Translations under genes and position numbers: made by a program
Notes under the pieces: generated by a model
Told to the model about the DNA's origin: nothing
Database searches by the model: none
Seen by the model: the letters and a program-made list of their open reading frames with translations, nothing else
Part shown: positions 27,653 through 37,364 of the stretch, in pieces
Numbering within the stretch: the first letter of the stretch is position 1
How the letters are laid out: each line of letters starts with the position of its first letter
Source of the DNA: a phage
NCBI GenBank assembly: GCA_022897995.1
Contig: GCA_022897995.1_4763.1
Strand: one strand, 5' to 3'
Length of the DNA stretch: 64,000 nucleotides

Positions 27653-28723
27653 ATGTCTGTACTTGAAAAACTGAAAAAGAACTCTACCCTGAAAACTACT
27701 TCGGTACTGTCTAAATCCAGCTTCTTTAACGAAAAAACAAATACTCGCACTAAGATCCCGATGCTGAATATTGCGTTTTCAGGTGATCTTAAAAAAGGAT
27801 TTCAATCTGGTCTGATTTTCTTTGCTGGTCCGTCTAAGCACTTTAAATCAAACATGGGATTAACTTGTGTTAGTGCATACATGAAACAGAATCCTGATGC
27901 GGCGTGTTTGTTCTTTGATTCTGAGTTCGGTATTACACCCGCTTATCTTGAATCTATGGGTGTAGATCCTGATCGCGTGGTGCATGTTCCAATCAAGAAC
28001 ATCGAAGAACTTAAATTTGAAATCATGAACCAGCTTGAGCAAATTACCCGTGAAGATAAAGTGATCATCTTTATTGACTCAATCGGTAACTTAGCAAGTA
28101 AAAAAGAAGTTGAAGACGCGATTAATGAGAAATCCGCACAGGATATGACGCGAGCGAAAGCACTTAAAGGCTTGTTCCGTATGGTTACGCCGTATCTGAC
28201 TATGAATGATATCCCGTGCATCGCTATTAACCACACTTACGAAACGCAAGAAATGTTTAGTAAGACCGTTATGTCCGGCGGTACGGGCGCGATGTATTCA
28301 GCCAATGAAGTTTTCATTATTGGTCGTCGTCAGCAGAAAGAAGGAACCGAAATTACTGGTTATGATTTTATCCTGAATGCGGAAAAATCACGAACCGTTA
28401 AAGAAAAATCGAAGTTCCCGATTAGCGTAACATTTAGCGGTGGCATCGATCCTTATTCCGGCTTGCTGGAATTGGCTGTAGAGTTAGGTTGGGTAGTGAA
28501 ACCGTCAAACGGCTGGTATTCTCGTTCCATCCTGAATACTGAGACCGGAGAGATGGAAACCGAAGAACGCAAGTTCCGTGCTAAAGAAACCAATAGCATT
28601 GAGTTCTGGAAACCACTTCTGACAAACGATAAGTTTAACGAAGCAATCAACGATCATTATAAGCTGGGGCAAGTGATCAGCGACGAAGCAGTTGACAAAG
28701 AAATCGAAGATATGTTAGCATAA
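27653..28723 (+). CDS. uvsX: recombinase UvsX (RecA-like)
   Basis: KIPMLNIAFSGDLKKGFQSGLIFFAGPSKHFKSN, CIAINHTYETQEMFSKTVMSGGTG match remembered T4 UvsX. Confidence 0.95.
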   Translation: MSVLEKLKKNSTLKTTSVLSKSSFFNEKTNTRTKIPMLNIAFSGDLKKGFQSGLIFFAGPSKHFKSNMGLTCVSAYMKQNPDAACLFFDSEFGITPAYLESMGVDPDRVVHVPIKNIEELKFEIMNQLEQITREDKVIIFIDSIGNLASKKEVEDAINEKSAQDMTRAKALKGLFRMVTPYLTMNDIPCIAINHTYETQEMFSKTVMSGGTGAMYSANEVFIIGRRQQKEGTEITGYDFILNAEKSRTVKEKSKFPISVTFSGGIDPYSGLLELAVELGWVVKPSNGWYSRSILNTETGEMETEERKFRAKETNSIEFWKPLLTNDKFNEAINDHYKLGQVISDEAVDKEIEDMLA

Positions 28724-28733
28724 CTATGGTAGT

Positions 28734-28757
28734 AAAGGGGCTACGTGCCCCTTTTTC
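28734..28757 (+). terminator. intrinsic terminator
   Basis: AAAGGGGC-TACGT-GCCCCTTT followed by TTTTC. Confidence 0.6.
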
Positions 28758-28778
28758 ATATCTAGAGAGGATTATATT

Positions 28779-29096
28779 ATGGATAAGAAACCAACAAGTT
28801 TAGAAGAAGCACACAGCTTGATTCAAGAAGCAATGAAGACAGTTATTCAGGAATTGATAATTGTTGATGAAGAGGGAGAACATCATATTGTCTATATTCA
28901 TAATGTTGAATACGATCCAGACACTAAAGGTATTGTGGTCGACTACTCCACGCCGTCAGATCGTGATGTGGTATATCCACACGTCATTAAGGCGTTAACA
29001 GCGCAGATCAAAGAAGCAGAAGAAAAGTTGAAAAAAGAAACTTTCTGGTATAAACTCAAGACCTTTGTTATGCGTGTAGTTGGGGGCTATGTATGA
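28779..29096 (+). CDS. hypothetical protein at the gene-40 position
   Basis: 105 aa between uvsX and gene 41 as T4 gene 40; no sequence confirmation. Confidence 0.35.
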   Translation: MDKKPTSLEEAHSLIQEAMKTVIQELIIVDEEGEHHIVYIHNVEYDPDTKGIVVDYSTPSDRDVVYPHVIKALTAQIKEAEEKLKKETFWYKLKTFVMRVVGGYV

Positions 29097-30505
29097 TTAA
29101 AACTATCTTTTCACAGTTGATTTACAATGGCGCATTCTTTACGAATGTATGGCCTCACCTTAAAGCGGACTACTTCACCGAAGACGAAGAAAAACTGATT
29201 TATAAGCTGATTAAAAAGCACGTAGACGAATATTCCAATATTCCTACGCCAACTGCATTACAGATTGCTTTAGACAAGGAGAGAGGCAATCAGACAACAT
29301 ATGAAGGGGCTAAAACTCTTCTTGATTCGCTTGAGAATACACCGGAAGACCTTGATTGGTTAATGAAGGAAACAGAAAAATTTATCCGTGACCGAGCTAT
29401 GTATAATGCAATGTCACGGGCACTAGAGATTCAGGCGAACGCACAACTACCAAAAGAGAAACAGAATAAGAAATTGCCGAGTGAGGGTGCTATTCCTGAG
29501 ATCATGCAGGAAGCACTATCCATTACGTTTGATTCTGATGTAGGTCATGACTGGTTTAATGACTTTGAAAAACGATTCTTGCTATATCAGACTAAGGCGA
29601 ATAAGATCCCGTTTAAGCTGCCGATGTTGAATAAAATCACGAAAGGAGGGGCGGAAAGAAAAACGCTAAATGTGTTGCTTGCTGGTGTAAACGTTGGTAA
29701 ATCGCTTGGACTGTGTTCTCTTGCTGCGGATTATATGGAATGTGGTTATGATGTATTGTATATCTCAATGGAGATGGCAGAGCATGTAGTAGCAAAACGT
29801 ATCGACGCAAACTTGCTTGACATTACATTAGATGAATTGGATAATGGTAATGTTTCTTTTGCGGAATATTCCGCACGCATGAAGCGTGTTAAGAATAAGA
29901 AGATCGGAGATCGTCCGGTTGGAAAATTGATGATCAAGCAGTATCCGACTGGTGGCGCGAACTCCAATCACTTTGAGGCGTTAATGAATGAATTGCGACT
30001 CAAGAAACAGTTTAAACCTGATGTTGTGATTGTTGACTATCTGGGGATTTGCGCATCGTCTCGCTTGCGTGTATACTCTGAAAATAGTTACACACTAGTT
30101 AAGGCGATTGCGGAAGAACTGCGAGGATTTTTTGTTAAGTGGGATGTTGTTGGTTGGACTGCGGCACAGACTACCCGCGCGGGTTGGGATGCTTCCGACC
30201 TTAACATGAGTGATACCGCTGAATCAGCAGGTCTTCCGGCTACTGCCGACTTTATGTTGGGTGTTATCGAAACCGAAGACCTGGCTAAAATGGGCGTCCA
30301 ACTCATGAAGCAGATCAAGTCTCGTTACGGTGATAAGAACTATTATTCACGGTTTAACGTTGGTGTGAAGAAAGGCAATCAGCGTTGGTATGAAGTACCA
30401 AACCAGATCGCAGATCAGGAGAATGCACAAGTTAAACCACAAAGCGCACAGCAAGCCGAGAAACGAGAAAAACTCGACGAGCTAGCAAATAACATGACTT
30501 TCTAA
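29093..30505 (+). CDS. 41: replicative helicase gp41 (DnaB-like)
   Basis: 470 aa; Walker A LAGVNVGKS, Walker B VVIVDY, C-terminal RecA-like fold motifs. Confidence 0.9.
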   Translation: MIKTIFSQLIYNGAFFTNVWPHLKADYFTEDEEKLIYKLIKKHVDEYSNIPTPTALQIALDKERGNQTTYEGAKTLLDSLENTPEDLDWLMKETEKFIRDRAMYNAMSRALEIQANAQLPKEKQNKKLPSEGAIPEIMQEALSITFDSDVGHDWFNDFEKRFLLYQTKANKIPFKLPMLNKITKGGAERKTLNVLLAGVNVGKSLGLCSLAADYMECGYDVLYISMEMAEHVVAKRIDANLLDITLDELDNGNVSFAEYSARMKRVKNKKIGDRPVGKLMIKQYPTGGANSNHFEALMNELRLKKQFKPDVVIVDYLGICASSRLRVYSENSYTLVKAIAEELRGFFVKWDVVGWTAAQTTRAGWDASDLNMSDTAESAGLPATADFMLGVIETEDLAKMGVQLMKQIKSRYGDKNYYSRFNVGVKKGNQRWYEVPNQIADQENAQVKPQSAQQAEKREKLDELANNMTF

Positions 30506-30511
30506 TAAAAT

Positions 30512-30527
30512 GCGCCCTGCGGGGCGC
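30512..30527 (+). terminator. GC-rich stem-loop (weak terminator candidate)
   Basis: GCGCCC-TGCG-GGGCGC; no clear U-tract. Confidence 0.3.
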
Positions 30528-30555
30528 TGGTGAATGATTTGATAGGAGATATAAC

Positions 30556-31191
30556 ATGATCGCTAATGCTTTACCGCCAAAATGGATCGTAAGTCGCTTT
30601 TATACTCTCAAGGAAGGTAACGCACCTGATGGTCGTCCGATCCGAGATCTGTTTCTGGAGATGACTACAGCCGAAGCACAGTTTTATAATGATCTGACAG
30701 ACGATAAGCCATTTCTCGTAAATTCGGTGGACCTCGATGGCAATGTCACATCAATCATCACACATGGTGGGGGAGTGAAAAATATTACTTCTCTGCGTGA
30801 TCACGGTTGGGAAATTGCTTGTGTATTTCCTGCGGATGTACGCGGATTCTTTGATGAGGTATCTGATATTAAAGTAAATGCACTAGAACCATATAACGAG
30901 AACCCACCCCTGAAAGAAGAAAAAGAGTTGACACCGGAAGATGTAGGTAGTACACTACACCCAGACCTATTTAAGAAGATTAGCGGTTTATGGACTGTTA
31001 CCCTGTATCCAACCGCATTAGGTCTAGAATTGGGTATGCCAACTTATTCTGATATTGATAACTGGAATAAGAGCATTGATAAAGATGTTGAAAAACAGCG
31101 AAATAATGCTAAAATGCAACTTAAAGAGAAACGCAAAGATCTTGAACGACAACTGAAAGAAACAAAACATTTGCTTTCTACATTCGCTTGA
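30556..31191 (+). CDS. hypothetical protein
   Basis: 211-aa ORF; basic coiled-coil C-terminus. Confidence 0.45.
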   Translation: MIANALPPKWIVSRFYTLKEGNAPDGRPIRDLFLEMTTAEAQFYNDLTDDKPFLVNSVDLDGNVTSIITHGGGVKNITSLRDHGWEIACVFPADVRGFFDEVSDIKVNALEPYNENPPLKEEKELTPEDVGSTLHPDLFKKISGLWTVTLYPTALGLELGMPTYSDIDNWNKSIDKDVEKQRNNAKMQLKEKRKDLERQLKETKHLLSTFA

Positions 31192-31221
31192 TCTATAATG
31201 AAACTCTAAGGAGACTATATT

Positions 31222-31599
31222 ATGAAAAATATGATTACGCCGGAAGATGTAGCATTCAAAACCGCATTCAACGGAGATATTCTTATTTTTATCGACGGTA
31301 AACACGCCGGAATGATTGAACCGGAAGGTCGCTGGGGTGTTGCTGAACTATATAACGTGGCGGGTGTAGAAGGTCATAAAACAGCACTTGTTTTCTTGTC
31401 GGATAAAGATCAAATGCGTCGAAAAATTGCTGCGCTCTATAATGAAGCAGTATATTTCTACGAACCGTTTCATCGTATTAAAACGATCTCCCGCGTGACT
31501 CGAAAAGATGTTAATGCTTGTGTTATCAAGATTGTAGAGAATCAGGATAAACTGACGAAAGACCAGATTGTTGACTTACTGAAAGAGATTATTCTATGA
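31222..31599 (+). CDS. hypothetical protein
   Basis: 125-aa ORF after AAGGAGACTATATT. Confidence 0.45.
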   Translation: MKNMITPEDVAFKTAFNGDILIFIDGKHAGMIEPEGRWGVAELYNVAGVEGHKTALVFLSDKDQMRRKIAALYNEAVYFYEPFHRIKTISRVTRKDVNACVIKIVENQDKLTKDQIVDLLKEIIL

Positions 31600-31772
31600 T
31601 TGGCTTTAAACAGTTTGTTGAAGAAAATAAACTCAAAGAAGATATGACCGCTGGCGATGCTGGCGGCAATCCTGAGAAGATCGCAGCAGGGGAAACGAGC
31701 GGATCTATTACCAATCGTGGACCTAGTGTAGCGGGTAAAGAAAAACGCAAAAAGGAGAAAGACGGTGCTTAG
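31596..31772 (+). CDS. small hypothetical protein (58 aa)
   Basis: ATG 31596 overlapping previous stop; Gly/Lys-rich. Confidence 0.3.
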   Translation: MIGFKQFVEENKLKEDMTAGDAGGNPEKIAAGETSGSITNRGPSVAGKEKRKKEKDGA

Positions 31773-31779
31773 TATCATC

Positions 31780-31923
31780 ATGTTTATCGTTGGCTTGCTG
31801 TCCGCTATTATCGGTGTTGTTGTTTTCGGATTATCTGGACACAAAACAAAAACAGAAAAGTTATCCGAGATCACAATGTATGTTGGTGTAGTTCTCATTC
31901 TGTTGTCGGTGGCGCTTAAATGA
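31780..31923 (+). CDS. small single-pass membrane peptide (47 aa)
   Basis: Two hydrophobic helices FIVGLLSAIIGVVVF and MYVGVVLILLSVAL. Confidence 0.3.
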   Translation: MFIVGLLSAIIGVVVFGLSGHKTKTEKLSEITMYVGVVLILLSVALK

Positions 31924-32123
31924 TTACGATGAAATGTCTTAAAAGCACATATGCACTTTTTGAAGCCGGAAAAGAATATGAATTTACAGAAATTGATTCG
32001 GTAGGCCGTTTTCGTGTATTCTCTTACACATCGCCAGATGGTAGTGTCTACAAATTTGGCTTAGATGAGAACGGAGAGAATGAAAATGAAAGTGTGGGAA
32101 CTTTCATGAAATTTGAGTTATAA
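31920..32123 (+). CDS. hypothetical protein
   Basis: 67-aa ORF overlapping previous stop. Confidence 0.35.
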   Translation: MITMKCLKSTYALFEAGKEYEFTEIDSVGRFRVFSYTSPDGSVYKFGLDENGENENESVGTFMKFEL

Positions 32124-32138
32124 GAGGTTAATAACATC

Positions 32139-32693
32139 ATGAAACGGTATTGTGATGAACATCCAGAAGAATGGAAAGACCTTGTTTATATGGGCGTATC
32201 GTATCCAGAATATGAAATTAGTTCTTATGGTAAACTAAGAAATAAAGCCACTGGCAAGGTCAGATCAACTAAAATAACAAAAGGTTATGTCTCTTGTAAT
32301 ATCAGAGATTACGCCAACAGAACAAAGTCAGGCAAGCCAAAGACCGTCGGCGTTTATATTCATAGGGCATTAGCAGAAGCATTTATACCAAATCCAAACA
32401 ACTACCCTGTAGTAAATCACAAATTTGGTGATAAAAAAGATTTTGATCTGTATGGCCTTGAGTGGACAACACAAAGAGAAAATCTTATACACGCTAAAGA
32501 AGAAGGATTGAACAAAAACTATGGAGAAACACACGGAAACGCAAAGTTAACTGACCATCAAGTAGAAGAGATCAGGTCTAAACAGGGTGTTGCGTCTGTA
32601 AAAGAACTTGCTGTAATATACGGAGTGCACACGATAACCATAAGAAGAATATGGAAGAGTCAGACCAGAACATCACGATATAAAGAGAGGTGA
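32139..32693 (+). CDS. free-standing HNH endonuclease (NUMOD4-HNH family)
   Basis: YEISSYGKLRN (NUMOD4-like) then HRALAEAFIPNP...VNHKFGDKKD...LEWTTQREN HNH_3-type core. Confidence 0.75.
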   Translation: MKRYCDEHPEEWKDLVYMGVSYPEYEISSYGKLRNKATGKVRSTKITKGYVSCNIRDYANRTKSGKPKTVGVYIHRALAEAFIPNPNNYPVVNHKFGDKKDFDLYGLEWTTQRENLIHAKEEGLNKNYGETHGNAKLTDHQVEEIRSKQGVASVKELAVIYGVHTITIRRIWKSQTRTSRYKER

Positions 32694-32697
32694 TATT

Positions 32698-33726
32698 ATG
32701 ATATACTACGCAGATTGTGAGATTGCAGAGAAGGCGATATATGGTGAGAGAAACTTTAAACGCCTACACACTCAATCATTTACATTGGTATGCTCATGTC
32801 CGATCTGCGGAGATTCCAAAAAGAATAGCACAATGGCGCGTTTCAGAATCTACACTTATAAAGACTCGTTACGTGCATCGTGTTTCAACTGTAACTATAA
32901 TCAACCGTTAGGTGAATTTCTCAAACAGTATAAGCCGGACCTATTCAGGGAATGGCTTATGGAACGAAGGAAGGAACAAGGCGACCACAAGAACACCACG
33001 TTCAAGCCACTGAAAAAGGTAGAAAAGCCGGAGATTAAGAAAGTGCAAACATTGCCTTTCTGCGAGAGATTAGATACTCTTCCGGCTAATCATCCTATAA
33101 TAAAGTATGTCAGTGATCGCTGTATTCCTCACGATAAATGGGATCTTCTGTATTTCACGAGAGAATGGCAAAAGGTAGCAAATCACATTAAGGCGGATAC
33201 TTTCAAGAATCCACAACCTGAACCGCGTTTAGTGATTCCTATCTTTAACCGCGAGAACAAGATAGAATCCATTCAGGGGCGAGCATTGAGAAAGGATTAC
33301 GGAAAGACCAAATATATGACGATTAAAACTCATGAGTTAGCGAGTAAGGTCTATGGTCTTGAACGCGCCGATCCGAGTAAACCAGTGTATTTCTTAGAAG
33401 GTCCGATCGATTCATTGTTTATTGATAACGGGTGTGCAATTACTGGCGGTACTTTGGGATTAGATGAAATCCCTTTCCCAGACCAGCGAGTGTTTGTACT
33501 TGATGCGGAACCACGGTCTGCCGATACAATGCACCGACTGGAAAAGTTTATCAATGCAGGGGAAAAGATTGTTTTGTGGGACCGTTGCCCGTGGCATTCT
33601 AAAGACGTTAACGCCATGATTCAGGACGAGGGCGCTACACGCGACCAGATCATGGAATATATCAAAGAGAACACCGTACAAGGTCTGATGGCTAAAATGC
33701 GGTTTATGAAATATTGTAAATTTTAA
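32698..33726 (+). CDS. 61: DNA primase gp61
   Basis: 342 aa as T4 gp61; N-terminal zinc ribbon CSCPICGDSKKN...CFNC and TOPRIM-like FLEGPIDSLF. Confidence 0.85.
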   Translation: MIYYADCEIAEKAIYGERNFKRLHTQSFTLVCSCPICGDSKKNSTMARFRIYTYKDSLRASCFNCNYNQPLGEFLKQYKPDLFREWLMERRKEQGDHKNTTFKPLKKVEKPEIKKVQTLPFCERLDTLPANHPIIKYVSDRCIPHDKWDLLYFTREWQKVANHIKADTFKNPQPEPRLVIPIFNRENKIESIQGRALRKDYGKTKYMTIKTHELASKVYGLERADPSKPVYFLEGPIDSLFIDNGCAITGGTLGLDEIPFPDQRVFVLDAEPRSADTMHRLEKFINAGEKIVLWDRCPWHSKDVNAMIQDEGATRDQIMEYIKENTVQGLMAKMRFMKYCKF

Positions 33727-33740
33727 TTAATGAGGTGAAT

Positions 33741-34259
33741 ATGTCAGAATTTAATTCTTGTGCTGGTCTGGTTAACGAAAAAGATATTAACGCGGCTATC
33801 GCCGCATATCATCACGCGATTGCAGAAGGTAAAGATCCGTTTCAGGTGATGCTAGAAATGCAAACTGGTTTGCAGGTTGCACTATCCGAAAAATTTGATT
33901 GGGTCCCAAATCCAACTAAGCTAGAGACTTGCGGTGAAATGCTGGATTGGATGCAACGGATGGATGACGCTATCGCAGACGAAACACGAGAGCTTTACAC
34001 ATCGCTGGGTGGAATGTCCAATGGTAAAGATGCAAGTGCAATCTGGAAAATGTGGAAAAAGAACCACGGGGAAGCGCGAGCGCGTAAATTCTCTGAACTG
34101 TCACCAGAAGATCAGCTTGAAGTGAAATTTGAATTTGTGGACGCGATCCACTTCATTCTGTCAAAGATGATCCCGCTGGGTATTAACGCTCAAGAACTCT
34201 TTATTCTGTACTATCTGAAAAATGCTGAAAACTTCGCCCGTCAAGAACGCGGCTACTAA
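33741..34259 (+). CDS. 56: gp56-like dCTPase/dUTPase (MazG-like all-alpha NTP pyrophosphatase)
   Basis: 172 aa; MSEFNSCAGL...DPFQVMLEMQ...KLETCGEM...ILYYLKNAENFARQERGY resembles remembered T4 gp56; adjacent to gene 61. Confidence 0.55.
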   Translation: MSEFNSCAGLVNEKDINAAIAAYHHAIAEGKDPFQVMLEMQTGLQVALSEKFDWVPNPTKLETCGEMLDWMQRMDDAIADETRELYTSLGGMSNGKDASAIWKMWKKNHGEARARKFSELSPEDQLEVKFEFVDAIHFILSKMIPLGINAQELFILYYLKNAENFARQERGY

Positions 34260-34266
34260 AAATTAG

Positions 34267-34320
34267 TTGACGCTACTCTATAATGGTTTTATTATGCCTC
34301 CCGTCGAAAGATTGGAGGCT
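34267..34320 (+). promoter_or_regulatory. early promoter plus 5'-UTR hairpin that includes the Shine-Dalgarno
   Basis: TTGACG 34267-34272, 17-nt spacer, TATTAT 34290-34295; GCCTCC...GGAGGC hairpin 34296-34320 then TTTTTTATT ATG. Confidence 0.45.
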
Positions 34321-34328
34321 TTTTTATT

Positions 34329-34832
34329 ATGCAATTTACACCAGAAGAACTTAACATCATTGATGAAGTGATGAACTCTAAAGAAAATATCGATATGTCG
34401 ATCCTTAATGGATTGATTGAAAAGACTGAGCGGTTAGTGCATCATGAAGCCTTGTATCGCGGTGTGAGCAAAAGAGAAGGCCGTAAGCTGGATACCTTAA
34501 TTGTAGGTGATTCTTTCGTTGTAGAGCGTCCTATGAGCTTTACGCCACTGCAATCAACAGCAGAGGACTTTGCAACCGATGTTTATGCAACAGGAAAGAT
34601 TATTGCAATAAAACCTACCAAGCCTTGCATGAATTATTACGAACATGCTATTGACCGAGTGGTGTCTAAAGAGTATGACAATCCGACTACTCGACTGTCT
34701 TTGTATGCTATGTTGGCAGATGAGCGCGAGTGCATATACAAGACAGGGACGACCATGATCCTTGATGAGATCGAGGAAGTTTACGCGTGTAACGGCGATC
34801 TGATAGAGATTTACAAATTTTCTTTAATTTAA
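34329..34832 (+). CDS. putative mono-ADP-ribosyltransferase (ModA/ModB-like R-S-ExE pattern)
   Basis: LYRG (Arg ~44), SFT/QST (~70-77), ERE (~132-134) at spacing typical of ART folds; sits where T4 has modA/modB near dda. Confidence 0.4.
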   Translation: MQFTPEELNIIDEVMNSKENIDMSILNGLIEKTERLVHHEALYRGVSKREGRKLDTLIVGDSFVVERPMSFTPLQSTAEDFATDVYATGKIIAIKPTKPCMNYYEHAIDRVVSKEYDNPTTRLSLYAMLADERECIYKTGTTMILDEIEEVYACNGDLIEIYKFSLI

Positions 34833-34835
34833 GTG

Positions 34836-34866
34836 TTGACAGCACAAACCAGATAGACAATAATAC
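34836..34866 (+). promoter_or_regulatory. sigma70-like early promoter
   Basis: TTGACA 34836-34841; A/T-rich -10 region about 17 nt downstream. Confidence 0.45.
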
Positions 34867-34893
34867 ACACATACCAACTAAGGAGAATCAATT

Positions 34894-35649
34894 ATGAAAC
34901 TGTTTGCTTTTAAATCTAACGAAGAATTGGCGCTGGTTGTTTTCCGGCTGAACTCTATCATGGCTGGTGCTTCACGTCGCAACAAAGACTTCTCTATGAG
35001 CTTAGTCACTGTGCGTAACATTTACCGTCAGACTCATTGCGCCTATTCCGGTGAGGCTTTCGGTGAAGGTGATGATGGACTCTCCTTAGAGCGCATTGAT
35101 TGCAATCTAGGATATGTTGATGGCAATGTAATTCCGGTTAAACTGAAATACAATTCTTTCCGTGGCAATCACACTATCGAATCTCTTAAAGAGATCCAGG
35201 AACTAGGAACTAACGGTAAACTTTCTGATGATGAAATTGCCCTACGTGCGAAGTACATCGAGTGGATCGAACTTAACGAGAATCGCATCAAAAATCAGGA
35301 AATAGCAATCGAAGAAAAGAAGTTAGCAATCGAGCGCCACAAAAAGCACAACGAACCGGAGAAAGCAGAGGCAGCCGAGCGAGCGATTAAAAATACTCTC
35401 TTCCGTATGGAAGAACGTTATCAGAAAATTGCAGATCTCAAGCAAGCCCTTAGCGAAATCAACAAGAAAGAAGAAAAACTTAAGGCTATTGCAAACAATA
35501 CCGAAATCGTGCTAAAATATACCAGCGTTTTGATTGAATCTCTTTCTAAGTATGAGAACTTAACGCCAGCACAAAAAGAACGCGTGAAATACGGGCTTCC
35601 GATTGATGCGTCGTGGATTGAATTGATGAAAGCGAAGGTAGGTTTATAA
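34894..35649 (+). CDS. hypothetical coiled-coil protein (at the srd position)
   Basis: 251 aa; N-domain with YSGEAF...LSLERID...GYVDGNV, long coiled coil; function not assigned. Confidence 0.35.
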   Translation: MKLFAFKSNEELALVVFRLNSIMAGASRRNKDFSMSLVTVRNIYRQTHCAYSGEAFGEGDDGLSLERIDCNLGYVDGNVIPVKLKYNSFRGNHTIESLKEIQELGTNGKLSDDEIALRAKYIEWIELNENRIKNQEIAIEEKKLAIERHKKHNEPEKAEAAERAIKNTLFRMEERYQKIADLKQALSEINKKEEKLKAIANNTEIVLKYTSVLIESLSKYENLTPAQKERVKYGLPIDASWIELMKAKVGL

Positions 35650-35963
35650 TGCATGTATTTGCTGTATGTTATCGTGATAAAGACGGATTCTTTCAATACT
35701 CAGTGGACGCGAAAGGTCGCGTCCTAACTTGCGAAACACATGATGCTGCGTTAGCGTCAATGTGTGATCAGATAGATTATTGTGAGAGTCTATTGGCGGG
35801 TGAACCGAAATACAAGGTTGTGCCTAAAAGAAAATTTGGTATAATCCGGTCTTCTGAAATTGTTCGGGATGGTATCGAATATAAAATTCCTGAATATGAA
35901 AAAGAACGGGTACGGCGAGAACTCAATACTATCTGTGTTCGCAAGGTGAGGATTTTAGGATAA
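35649..35963 (+). CDS. hypothetical protein
   Basis: 104-aa ORF overlapping neighbours, directly upstream of dda. Confidence 0.4.
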   Translation: MHVFAVCYRDKDGFFQYSVDAKGRVLTCETHDAALASMCDQIDYCESLLAGEPKYKVVPKRKFGIIRSSEIVRDGIEYKIPEYEKERVRRELNTICVRKVRILG

Positions 35964-37354
35964 TGAGCAGAGTATTAACTTTCGATATGTTAACAGACGG
36001 GCAAAAACATGCTTTTGATGTTCTAATGAAACGCATTGAACAAAAGAAGCATACAACTGTCCGTGGTGCGGCGGGTACTGGTAAAACCGCAATGATGAAA
36101 TTCATTGTTCAGGAAATGGTCCGCCGTGGTGTAACTGGTGTGGTTTTGGCAACGCCTACCCACCAGGCTAAAAAAGTTTTGAGTAAAGCGGTAGGTCGTC
36201 AAGCATTTACTTTACATGCACTACTGCGACTAAACCCGACCAACTATGAAGATACTCAAGTATTTGAGCAAAAAGATACTCCTAAGCTAGATGATGTTCA
36301 GATCATCATTGTTGATGAAGCGAGTATGGTCGATAAGAAACTATTTGATATTCTCATGAAGAGTATCAACGGTCGAATTGTTATTATTGCCGTGGGTGAT
36401 CTGTACCAGTTACGACCAGTTGATCCGAGCGGTGCAACGTCGATCTCTCCTTTCTTCACCGATGAAAGGTTTCAGAATGTAGAACTTACAGAGATTAAAC
36501 GATCTAATGCGCCAATAATTGATGTGGCGACCGCTGTCCGTAATGGTAAATGGGTATTCGAAAAGCAGTGCGGTAACGAGGGTGTATTCCATAGCTCAAC
36601 TCTGCCGGAGTTTATGAAGCATTATTTCGAAACCGTTAAAACGCCGGAAGACCTTCTAGAAAACCGTATTCTGGCCTACACTAACAAGAGCGTCGAAAAA
36701 CTCAATGAAATTGTACGTAAGCGCGTTTATAACACCGATGAACCAGTGATTGTAGATGAAATTCTGGTTACTCAGGAACCATTGATCGAATATCTGCGAG
36801 ATGAACGCGGGAAGAAGATCCCCAATGTTATTTTTAACAATGGTGAGATGATCCGAGTTAAAGAGGTCATCCCGCGTGAATTTACATTACGTTGCACGGG
36901 GGTAGATCCGCAACCAGTTTTAGGCTATACTCTGAAAGTGGAAAGCGTCGATGATGACGAAGACAAAGAAATCCTAAATCAGAAAGTCGGTTTAGATGCG
37001 GTCGGAATCACTACAGATAAACCAGATTTAGTAGAAATCAACATTCTGACAGAACAACGTCAGAAGAACATTTTCTCTATCTATCTGAATACGGTCGCCG
37101 GACAATATCGCGAAATGAAGAAAGAGAATCCAAAATTTAAACCAGATTGGGATTCATTCTGGACGATGAAGCGTATGTTCTTGAATGTAAAAGCATTACC
37201 AGCTTGCACCATTCATAAGTCACAAGGGATCAGCGTAGACCGCGTGTTCCTGTATACTCCTTGCATGTGTACAGACAATGTTGACTTTGAATTGGCAATG
37301 CAGTTATTATATGTGGGTGTTACCCGTGCGAGGTATCGAGTAGACTATATTTGA
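35963..37354 (+). CDS. dda: DNA helicase Dda (SF1B)
   Basis: FDMLTDGQKHAF, Walker A GAAGTGKT, LATPTHQAKKVL, IIVDEASMVD, YVGVTRAR match remembered T4 Dda. Confidence 0.9.
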   Translation: MSRVLTFDMLTDGQKHAFDVLMKRIEQKKHTTVRGAAGTGKTAMMKFIVQEMVRRGVTGVVLATPTHQAKKVLSKAVGRQAFTLHALLRLNPTNYEDTQVFEQKDTPKLDDVQIIIVDEASMVDKKLFDILMKSINGRIVIIAVGDLYQLRPVDPSGATSISPFFTDERFQNVELTEIKRSNAPIIDVATAVRNGKWVFEKQCGNEGVFHSSTLPEFMKHYFETVKTPEDLLENRILAYTNKSVEKLNEIVRKRVYNTDEPVIVDEILVTQEPLIEYLRDERGKKIPNVIFNNGEMIRVKEVIPREFTLRCTGVDPQPVLGYTLKVESVDDDEDKEILNQKVGLDAVGITTDKPDLVEINILTEQRQKNIFSIYLNTVAGQYREMKKENPKFKPDWDSFWTMKRMFLNVKALPACTIHKSQGISVDRVFLYTPCMCTDNVDFELAMQLLYVGVTRARYRVDYI

Positions 37355-37364
37355 GGAAATTATT

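Noticed and set aside
34894-35649. HNH endonuclease call for the 251-aa protein
   Set aside because: The LSLERID...GYVDGNV segment resembles an HNH_3 core but lacks the catalytic His-Asn-His residues; left as hypothetical.
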